Numbered from the stretch's first letter, positions 55,853 through 63,052 are shown. The stretch is DNA of 64,000 bases from Prochlorococcus sp. AG-347-E23 (GCA_003281685.1 QCBH01000003.1:48234-112233); one strand, 5' to 3'. Notes: a model not told the origin generated them from the letters alone. Numbers and translations are program-made.

Positions 55853-56323
55853 CATTTCCTTTAATTGAGCTTAATATTTATAATTTCATTAATTGAAAAA
55901 AGTGTAAAATTAATTTTTCTATTTTTTTTATAAATCAGTTATCGGATATTTATTAATAATCTAGAAATTATGATTACTGTATTGTTTACGATATTAATGA
56001 CCATTTACCTTTTAAAAAGAAAATCATTCTTTTGTTAAAGATGAATCAAAAAAACCAAGTTTGAATTAGAACGAAGATTTATAAACTTTAAGATCAATAC
56101 TAATTGTAAATCTACCTAAATTTAAATCAAAGCTAACCAAGCATTCAATTTATGAAACTTGAAATAATTTCTTAAAAACTAAATAAAACCGTTAATTAAT
56201 TTAAAAAATTTATTACTACACACAAAAATGATTCATATCTGTACCATTATAGATACCAAAATTAATCTAAGATAGCCTTATTCTCATTGTTAAAAAAAAA
56301 CTTTACAAAGCTTCATAATACCT

Positions 56324-56341
56324 GTTACAATCATTTACATA
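56324..56341 (+). promoter_or_regulatory. HLR1 (RpaB-binding) direct repeat upstream of hli
   Basis: GTTACAAT-CA-TTTACATA matches (G/T)TTACA(T/A)(T/A)-N2-(G/T)TTACA(T/A)(T/A); extra half-site TTTACAAA at 56302-56309. Confidence 0.75.
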
Positions 56342-56358
56342 AATCACTTTTTATTATT

Positions 56359-56466
56359 ATGACTCCTGAAGCAGAACGTTTTAATGGATGGGCAGCAATG
56401 TTAGGTTTTGTTGCGGCTGTTGGTGCTTATGTAACAACTGGACAAATCATACCAGGCTGGTTCTAA
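56359..56466 (+). CDS. hli: High-light inducible protein (not in ORF track)
   Basis: Manual translation MTPEAERFNGWAAMLGFVAAVGAYVTTGQIIPGWF; AERFNG motif and TGQIIPG C-terminus. Confidence 0.95.
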   Translation: MTPEAERFNGWAAMLGFVAAVGAYVTTGQIIPGWF

Positions 56467-56493
56467 ACCAATAAAGCTCTATCTAATTTGTGT

Positions 56494-56530
56494 GGAAGAC
56501 CTACAAAAATTGAGGTCTTCCATTTTTTTT
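56494..56530 (+). terminator. Intrinsic terminator of hli
   Basis: GGAAGACCT...AGGTCTTCC stem followed by a T-run. Confidence 0.8.
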
Positions 56531-56751
56531 TTATATTATCGATTAAAAAATTTTAAAACTAAATTATTTCGAAATCTACATTCAATATAAATAAAAAATT
56601 TATTGGATCACAGCCAAAAAATCAACAACAAATTAACCATAATAAGTTATTGTTTTTCGGCCAGATAATAATTTGTTTCCTCAGACTAAGATTACTTAAC
56701 CAAGATAAAATGAATTTTTTGTTTGAAAATTAAATATCTAATTTAAAAGTT

Positions 56752-56952
56752 TTAATTAATTTTATTAGATGATTTTTTATCGATAGAATCCAAACATGAA
56801 GAACATAATAAATGTCCTTTCTTGATCCAGAATGTTTTAGTTGACCTTTCTATATCCTTGCGACAAATTAAACATTTAAATATTGGGGTCACTATACCTC
56901 TAAAATTAGTTGTTAATTTAATAATAAATACTTTTATAGTTTCAAGCTTCAA
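56752..56952 (-). CDS. Small putative zinc-finger protein (CxxC...CxxC)
   Basis: CLIC and CSSC pairs; start uncertain (TTG 56952 or GTG 56892). Confidence 0.55.
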   Translation of the reverse strand: MKLETIKVFIIKLTTNFRGIVTPIFKCLICRKDIERSTKTFWIKKGHLLCSSCLDSIDKKSSNKIN

Positions 56953-56996
56953 CTATTTTTAATTTTAAAAAACTATCAAGAAATCTTTTAAAAAAC

Positions 56997-58001
56997 AAAA
57001 AAAGACCTGCTAAGTGCAGGTCTTTTAATGTGTGTAAGATTTCTAAATTAAATTTAGATTTAGAAGCTGAATGATGTTTTAACCATGATTCCAGTTTCAT
57101 CTTCATCAGCTGCATCTTCTCCTTCTACAGTGTAAATAAGAGGAGTGATTGTCATTCCGTCATTTAATGCGTATGAATAATATACTTCATACATCAATCT
57201 TTCAGGCATAACACCAGCGGCTTCAGTCATTGATGAAAAAGTACCTACAGCAGCGCCTAGTTCTCCTGGTCCAACTTCACCGTTTAATCCAATGAAGTAA
57301 GCTTCTGTTTCGTCAGATGCTGCTACCTCATTATCAAGATCACCGATTTCATAACCAGCACTGATGTTTAAACCGCTATCAAATGAATAATAACCATTTA
57401 ATGCTGTGTATGTATCGTTATCAATACCATCTTCACTATTTGCGTAAGTAATAGAAACACCGTAGCTATCAGCTGTGTATGCAAGGTTTACCGCAAAAGC
57501 ATCGTCAGTTTCATCGGTAGCAATACCAGTTTCAGTGAATTGAGCACCAACTGCTGTTGTAAATCCATTATCGAAATCATATGCAGCACCAATAGATATT
57601 CCACCACCTGTGATTCCAGCATTTACGTTAGCGCAATCATCAAGTGTGTTAGATGGTCCGCCATAAGCACAAGCTGTGGTAAATAGCATACTTCCATCTG
57701 TGTTGTCTCCAATGAAAGCAGTCGCTCCACCTAGTGGGAATGTGTATGAAATACCATCGACAGTTAGTGCTTCAGAAGCGCTATTAGTGTCGAATTGACC
57801 GAGTGAACCACCTGCGTTACCAGCATCAAGAGAGATATCAAGTGAATCTTCTCCAGTGAAACTAGTGTTCAAGTCAATCTGGAAACCGTAAGTAGCCTGA
57901 AGTTCTTCTTCTCCATCAGTTACTGTAGTTGTGATACCAGCACCATCAACAGCACCGATCGCGAAATCAACTGAGAATGAAGCAGTTGTTGTTTCTGAGA
58001 A
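56997..58001. repeat. 1005-bp direct repeat, copy 1 (porin barrel, 3' UTR, terminator)
   Basis: Matches 58313-59317 at offset 1316; no mismatch found by line-by-line reading. Confidence 0.92.
56998..57026. terminator. Intrinsic terminator of porin 1 (potentially bidirectional)
   Basis: A-run, AAAGACCTGC-TAAGT-GCAGGTCTTT stem, T-run; duplicated at about 58314-58342. Confidence 0.8.
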
Positions 58002-58220
58002 ACCTCCATCATAGCTATCTGTATCAGCTAATCCTTCTCCACCTGCTAGAAGGAGACTTTTATTAGGTTGATCACTATCAAATGAGTTAGCGAATTCGAT
58101 ACTTTCTACATCAGAGTAGTTTGAAATTTCATTGAGGTTAACCTCAGTAGCGTTTGCAGCAATAGGTGAAATCAATCCTAAAGCAGCTGGAGCTACCAAC
58201 AAACGTTGGAAAAGCTTCAT
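57060..58220 (-). CDS. som: Outer-membrane porin (Som type, no SLH), copy 1
   Basis: MKLFQRLLVAPAALG signal peptide, FSETTT barrel start, terminal KTSFSF. Confidence 0.9.
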   Translation of the reverse strand: MKLFQRLLVAPAALGLISPIAANATEVNLNEISNYSDVESIEFANSFDSDQPNKSLLLAGGEGLADTDSYDGGFSETTTASFSVDFAIGAVDGAGITTTVTDGEEELQATYGFQIDLNTSFTGEDSLDISLDAGNAGGSLGQFDTNSASEALTVDGISYTFPLGGATAFIGDNTDGSMLFTTACAYGGPSNTLDDCANVNAGITGGGISIGAAYDFDNGFTTAVGAQFTETGIATDETDDAFAVNLAYTADSYGVSITYANSEDGIDNDTYTALNGYYSFDSGLNISAGYEIGDLDNEVAASDETEAYFIGLNGEVGPGELGAAVGTFSSMTEAAGVMPERLMYEVYYSYALNDGMTITPLIYTVEGEDAADEDETGIMVKTSFSF

Positions 58221-58226
58221 AAAGTG

Positions 58227-58235
58227 TCCTCACAC
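58227..58235 (-). promoter_or_regulatory. Yfr1 sRNA seed target site in the porin 1 5' UTR
   Basis: mRNA GTGTGAGGA next to the start codon, complementary to the conserved Yfr1 motif ACUCCUCACAC. Confidence 0.7.
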
Positions 58236-58312
58236 AATATAGGTAATTATAAAATAGTTTAAATAATCTCTAATAACAAGTCACGGTAGACAAAAAAAAA
58301 GTTGTCCAAACA

Positions 58313-59317
58313 AAAAAAAGACCTGCTAAGTGCAGGTCTTTTAATGTGTGTAAGATTTCTAAATTAAATTTAGATTTAGAAGCTGAATGATGTTTTAACC
58401 ATGATTCCAGTTTCATCTTCATCAGCTGCATCTTCTCCTTCTACAGTGTAAATAAGAGGAGTGATTGTCATTCCGTCATTTAATGCGTATGAATAATATA
58501 CTTCATACATCAATCTTTCAGGCATAACACCAGCGGCTTCAGTCATTGATGAAAAAGTACCTACAGCAGCGCCTAGTTCTCCTGGTCCAACTTCACCGTT
58601 TAATCCAATGAAGTAAGCTTCTGTTTCGTCAGATGCTGCTACCTCATTATCAAGATCACCGATTTCATAACCAGCACTGATGTTTAAACCGCTATCAAAT
58701 GAATAATAACCATTTAATGCTGTGTATGTATCGTTATCAATACCATCTTCACTATTTGCGTAAGTAATAGAAACACCGTAGCTATCAGCTGTGTATGCAA
58801 GGTTTACCGCAAAAGCATCGTCAGTTTCATCGGTAGCAATACCAGTTTCAGTGAATTGAGCACCAACTGCTGTTGTAAATCCATTATCGAAATCATATGC
58901 AGCACCAATAGATATTCCACCACCTGTGATTCCAGCATTTACGTTAGCGCAATCATCAAGTGTGTTAGATGGTCCGCCATAAGCACAAGCTGTGGTAAAT
59001 AGCATACTTCCATCTGTGTTGTCTCCAATGAAAGCAGTCGCTCCACCTAGTGGGAATGTGTATGAAATACCATCGACAGTTAGTGCTTCAGAAGCGCTAT
59101 TAGTGTCGAATTGACCGAGTGAACCACCTGCGTTACCAGCATCAAGAGAGATATCAAGTGAATCTTCTCCAGTGAAACTAGTGTTCAAGTCAATCTGGAA
59201 ACCGTAAGTAGCCTGAAGTTCTTCTTCTCCATCAGTTACTGTAGTTGTGATACCAGCACCATCAACAGCACCGATCGCGAAATCAACTGAGAATGAAGCA
59301 GTTGTTGTTTCTGAGAA
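58313..59317. repeat. 1005-bp direct repeat, copy 2
   Basis: Matches 56997-58001. Confidence 0.92.
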
Positions 59318-59494
59318 GCTACCAGCTTCAACGTTATTTAATCTTGCTTCTAAGCCATCTACACGGCTGTTAGTAATAGCAAGTTGTTCTGCAGGGGTGA
59401 AGTCACTAATAGTTACTTCGTTTGCTGTAGCAGACATAGGTGCTAAAAGACCTAATGTTGCAGGAGCTACAAGCAAGCTTTTGAAAAGCTTCAT
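58376..59494 (-). CDS. som: Outer-membrane porin (Som type), copy 2
   Basis: Start placed at MKLFKSLLVAP (59494); coiled-coil-like N-terminus (RVDGLEARLNNVE), barrel identical to copy 1. Confidence 0.9.
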   Translation of the reverse strand: MKLFKSLLVAPATLGLLAPMSATANEVTISDFTPAEQLAITNSRVDGLEARLNNVEAGSFSETTTASFSVDFAIGAVDGAGITTTVTDGEEELQATYGFQIDLNTSFTGEDSLDISLDAGNAGGSLGQFDTNSASEALTVDGISYTFPLGGATAFIGDNTDGSMLFTTACAYGGPSNTLDDCANVNAGITGGGISIGAAYDFDNGFTTAVGAQFTETGIATDETDDAFAVNLAYTADSYGVSITYANSEDGIDNDTYTALNGYYSFDSGLNISAGYEIGDLDNEVAASDETEAYFIGLNGEVGPGELGAAVGTFSSMTEAAGVMPERLMYEVYYSYALNDGMTITPLIYTVEGEDAADEDETGIMVKTSFSF

Positions 59495-59499
59495 AAATT

Positions 59500-59508
59500 T
59501 CCTCACAC
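59500..59508 (-). promoter_or_regulatory. Yfr1 sRNA seed target site in the porin 2 5' UTR
   Basis: mRNA GTGTGAGGA overlapping the ribosome-binding site. Confidence 0.7.
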
Positions 59509-59534
59509 GAAATTTAAAGTACACCTCAAGATAA

Positions 59535-59572
59535 TGTATTTACCCATACAAAATCAAGTAGCAAGCGCTACA
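59535..59572 (-). promoter_or_regulatory. Two tandem NtcA-type boxes upstream of porin 2
   Basis: TGTA-TTTACCCA-TACA (59535-59550) and AGTA-GCAAGCGC-TACA (59557-59572), both GTA-N8-TAC. Confidence 0.55.
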
Positions 59573-59733
59573 TTTTTAAAATATATGTGACACTTTGTTG
59601 ACCTATACAATAATATTTTTCATTTAGTAAAAAAAATTTTAGTCAATATTGGTTTTTGTTCCTAATGTTTAATATTCAAAATATTTTCAAATAGTGTCTA
59701 AAATATTTTTTAGTTTTGGAAATAAAAATTAAG

Positions 59734-59901
59734 CTAATGTGTCTTTTTTGAAATTTTGAAAACCACTTTTTCTGTTTTGTATTTCTTTTTATTATTACCA
59801 CTTGTGACATCAACGTACCAACCAGAAGCTAATCTTGAGTCTATCTCTTCATAGCTTTCACTTTTTTTTAATTTACTTAGAGATTTCTTTTTATAATCCA
59901 T
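59734..59901 (-). CDS. Small basic hypothetical protein (55 aa, not in ORF track)
   Basis: Manual translation MDYKKKSLSKLKKSESYEEIDSRLASGWYVDVTSGNNKKKYKTEKVVFKISKKTH. Confidence 0.55.
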   Translation of the reverse strand: MDYKKKSLSKLKKSESYEEIDSRLASGWYVDVTSGNNKKKYKTEKVVFKISKKTH

Positions 59902-60115
59902 AATTTTTGTTTCTATAAAAAAAATATAGCATTTAAATAAAATTTAGAGCACTAGATAAAATATGTTTTGGAAATCATAAAAAATTTTTTTTATGTGATT
60001 CTTAAAAGATATATTTTGAAATCTTTAGAAAAAAGAAAAAAACTCTTTGATTTACCTCAACAAAAAGAATAGTTAGTTATATTTTTTGAAATAAACCTGA
60101 GGAGCACAAGGTAAA

Positions 60116-60220
60116 ATGACTCGATTAAGTTTTTTTGTGAATTCTATGCCCAGAGATTTGACAGAATTTGCATTTTTTTTAGCTGTAGGATTTACAGCTG
60201 GTTCAATGGGCTTAATTTGA
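60116..60220 (+). CDS. Small single-TM protein (34 aa, or 24 aa from ATG 60146; not in ORF track)
   Basis: MTRLSFFVNSMPRDLTEFAFFLAVGFTAGSMGLI; GAGGAG at 60099-60104. Confidence 0.5.
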   Translation: MTRLSFFVNSMPRDLTEFAFFLAVGFTAGSMGLI

Positions 60221-60311
60221 TTGATTAAAATTAACGAATAGATAAATTACAATTTGATTAGTAAAAGTTAGTTAAAATTAATTAGTAGCTAGGGAAAATA
60301 ATTTTCAATAT

Positions 60312-60848
60312 TTATAAATTACATCTGGGTTTATTTTTCCAAACAGGAGAATCACAATTTATATTCCCTAAATTCTTTTTCCTTTCGATTTTATTTGCTT
60401 CAACATTATTGGTAATTTGAGTCACCCAAGCAGGTTCATAAGACTCTCGTGTATAACCCTCAGAACCACTTAAATAACAAAAATAGTTTGCTAATTGATA
60501 TCCGATGTGATCGGGTGTTATTGATTGCCAATTAGCAGCAGCATAATAGCCACCAAGAGCACTATTCATTTTTACTTGAATCTTAGAAGTGAATTTATCG
60601 CAATTTAATCTGACTTTGCCTACATATGACATGATGTACTGTGTTTGCCCCTCAAATTCATCCTTAGTCGCATTTCTTTCCATATAGAATCTTAATTTTC
60701 CACTTTTAATCTCTACATCATTTGTATCTATTGTCCAATTCTTGTTAATTCTTACCCATTTGTTGGGAGATTGACTCTCAGGAATCCCTGCATTAACAAC
60801 ATTAGGTAAAGCAAGAGTAGCTAATAATGGGAGTAGTAAGCGTTTCAT
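60312..60848 (-). CDS. Hypothetical secreted protein with C-terminal CDSPV module
   Basis: Signal peptide MKRLLLPLLATLALPNVVNA; ends INCDSPVWKNKPRCNL. Confidence 0.8.
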   Translation of the reverse strand: MKRLLLPLLATLALPNVVNAGIPESQSPNKWVRINKNWTIDTNDVEIKSGKLRFYMERNATKDEFEGQTQYIMSYVGKVRLNCDKFTSKIQVKMNSALGGYYAAANWQSITPDHIGYQLANYFCYLSGSEGYTRESYEPAWVTQITNNVEANKIERKKNLGNINCDSPVWKNKPRCNL

Positions 60849-61018
60849 TTAAATGTTTTAAGTAAAGCGGGTGTTATCAAACTTCCCGCCTAATTCAAGA
60901 AAACTGTAATGACAATTTAGCGATGATTAGTAATTTTTCCTTAAAAAATCGATTTTTTATCAATATATTTAAAATTTGGTCTTTTATAGATGTCTTTTAT
61001 GAACTAAGATCTTATGAG

Positions 61019-61092
61019 CGGGGCGTGGCGCAGCTTGGTAGCGCGGGTGCTTTGGGAGCACTAGGTCGCAGGTTCGAATCCTGTCGCCCCGA
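61019..61092 (+). tRNA. tRNA-Pro (TGG), encoded CCA to 61095
   Basis: CGGGGCGTGGCGCAGCTTGGTAGCGC-GGGTGC-TTTGGGA-GCACT...GGTTCGAATCC...GCCCCGA-CCA. Confidence 0.97.
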
Positions 61093-61101
61093 CCATTTAA
61101 T

Positions 61102-61129
61102 AGCAAGGGATCCAAGCCCTTGCTTTTTT
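61102..61129 (+). terminator. Intrinsic terminator after tRNA-Pro
   Basis: AGCAAGGG-ATCCAAG-CCCTTGCT followed by a T-run. Confidence 0.8.
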
Positions 61130-61156
61130 ATTTCTAGAGTGTCTCAAATATACAAA

Positions 61157-61203
61157 TAGAGCTAAGAATAGAGCTAGATTCTAATTAAAACTGATTAGCT
61201 CTA
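61157..61203. repeat. Arm-type repeat array at the tRNA-proximal inner end
   Basis: TAGAGCTA at 61157 and 61169 (12-bp period), inverted copy TAGCTCTA at 61196-61203. Confidence 0.75.
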
Positions 61204-61362
61204 AATTTGGTGCTCTATGTTTTATATATTTTATGAAAAACAAATCAAAGCCTAAATAATCAGAATGGGTCGTGTTTAATGCCATGATGGATCAAAACAA
61301 AAGTATCCTCAATCGAGGAACTTACGTTAAAAATGGCAAGTTAAATTTTTTATTATATTTTT

Positions 61363-62742
61363 TTACCAAAATTTAAATATGTTTTCTTTTTCTACGATAT
61401 TCCCACAACTATTTGTATTTTCAGCTTTTCCTGGATTTTCGCTATTAAGAGATCTTAAAATATCCACGATTGAGATCGCAAAATTTAGGTTCTGAGCTCT
61501 ACCTTCGTCTCCAGGCAAACTCCAAGTATTAACTCCAACTACCTCACCATTACTATTAACTAAAGGTCCACCACTATTACCAGGGCTTATAGCTGCATCT
61601 GTTTGTATGAGTGTAACGTAATATGGGACAACATCTTCTAAATCACTCGATGGTTGTCTTACAGCACTTACAATCCCTCTTGTAACTGTTCCTGCCAGGC
61701 CAAGAGGAGATCCAAGAGCAATTACATTTTGACCAGGTCTTGGATATTTACTAAAACAAAGTGGGAGAGCTTTTGAGTTTTTAATATTATTTGCTTGTAT
61801 TAATGCGAAATCAAGCTTTGAGTCCACATAAATAACTTCACCTTGATCTTTCAGACCATCATCTCCAGAGATAGTGAATTCTTTATCGCCCCCGGCTACT
61901 ACGTGCATATTAGTAACAATCAGTCCTTCATTATTAATAAAAAAACCACTCCCTAATCCTGAATCTCCCTCTAATTTGACTACTGAAGGGAGAGTTATAG
62001 ATGCTATTTCCTCTACATCAAGTTTTTTTGAACTAATCGAGGCTCGAGCTATTTCATATTTAGGTTTGTTCCATTCTTTTGTATCTTTCTGGAATAATAG
62101 TTTTAAATTTTTTATTGTCTCTTCTCCAATAGGAATAAATTTATCTGCTAAACCACTATTTGGAATAGCCTTAATTTGCAAATTAATTGATTCATTCTCA
62201 CCCATATTCTTAATTCTTTTTGCAAATCCAGAGGGAAACTGAAATTCACCTCTACTTCCTCTTAATCTAAACCTCTTTTCTCCAACAAATATCTCTATAA
62301 AACCTGGAAAATCATAATATTTAGCACTCTCATAAGTACATGTCCAAAAACCACAACCACCCCATGTCAATATTCTTCCTTCTAATTTATTGGTATTCCA
62401 TTTCGTGACATAACTTTTAACTGCTCCAGTACTAAAATCAGAAACATAATCTCTATCAAAAATTGTTAATTCATAAGAATTTCTAAGAGATGATTTGTAT
62501 TTTATAATTTTGGACCAAGCAATCTTAGGATTTTTCTTTTTCCAATCAACATCTTTTTCATATTCAATCACTTCTAAACCTGTATCCTCATCAATAACTA
62601 CATTTCGCAGATATTTCTCAGTACATCTTTTTTTATTTTTGTGAACAGGAGAATCACAATTAATCTTTACTGCTAATACTTCTGGAATATAAAAAGAACC
62701 TAACCCCAAAAGAATTACTATAGATATAAATTTTCTCATCAA
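61363..62742 (-). CDS. Secreted trypsin-like (S1C/HtrA-like, no PDZ) serine protease with N-terminal extension
   Basis: Signal peptide; triad motifs VTNMHVV, DFALI, GNSGGPL; TVTRGIVSA and IQTDAAI. Confidence 0.92.
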   Translation of the reverse strand: MMRKFISIVILLGLGSFYIPEVLAVKINCDSPVHKNKKRCTEKYLRNVVIDEDTGLEVIEYEKDVDWKKKNPKIAWSKIIKYKSSLRNSYELTIFDRDYVSDFSTGAVKSYVTKWNTNKLEGRILTWGGCGFWTCTYESAKYYDFPGFIEIFVGEKRFRLRGSRGEFQFPSGFAKRIKNMGENESINLQIKAIPNSGLADKFIPIGEETIKNLKLLFQKDTKEWNKPKYEIARASISSKKLDVEEIASITLPSVVKLEGDSGLGSGFFINNEGLIVTNMHVVAGGDKEFTISGDDGLKDQGEVIYVDSKLDFALIQANNIKNSKALPLCFSKYPRPGQNVIALGSPLGLAGTVTRGIVSAVRQPSSDLEDVVPYYVTLIQTDAAISPGNSGGPLVNSNGEVVGVNTWSLPGDEGRAQNLNFAISIVDILRSLNSENPGKAENTNSCGNIVEKENIFKFW

Positions 62743-62838
62743 TTGGATTTTTCTTCCTATTGATATTATCTGTATTTAATTTAATTGTCTCTCTTATGTT
62801 AAGAGGAGATTAATCAGACAAAAAGTCAATTTAGAAAA

Positions 62839-62884
62839 TAGAGCTAGGAGTAGAGCTAGGAGATAATTAACTCTAATTAAAACT
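62839..62884. repeat. Arm-type repeat array at the distal inner end
   Basis: TAGAGCTAGGAG twice (62839-62862), near-inverted TAACTCTA (62868-62875), TCTAATTAAAACT shared with 61180-61192. Confidence 0.75.
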
Positions 62885-62983
62885 AATCAAAACCATCAAA
62901 ATCTTGTCTCAAATCACCTACAAAACCTAGTATCCCTTGAGAAAATAACTAGAGTCTTACATATTTCTCAAAAGTTAGCACTA

Positions 62984-63030
62984 GTGCTTTGGGAGCACTA
63001 GGTCGCAGGTTCGAATCCTGTCGCCCCGAC
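62984..63030 (+). repeat. Displaced 3' half of tRNA-Pro (att site)
   Basis: 47-bp identity to 61047-61093, starting at the anticodon stem. Confidence 0.95.
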
Positions 63031-63052
63031 TCTACTAAATCCAAGTTATACT

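Larger units (their letters stand above)
61047..63030. mobile_element. Integrase-less element at tRNA-Pro bounded by a 47-bp att direct repeat (tycheposon/island-type remnant or non-autonomous satellite)
   Basis: GTGCTTTGGGAGCACTAGGTCGCAGGTTCGAATCCTGTCGCCCCGAC at 61047-61093 and 62984-63030. Confidence 0.82.

Noticed and set aside
56241-56256. GTA...TAC upstream of hli
   Set aside because: The spacer is 10 nt, not 8.
60867-60892. GCGGG...CCCGC hairpin upstream of the secreted-protein gene
   Set aside because: Only a 5-bp stem with a long loop; not enough to call an sRNA or riboswitch.
60923-61159. 78-aa ORF in the track
   Set aside because: It runs across tRNA-Pro and its terminator; spurious.
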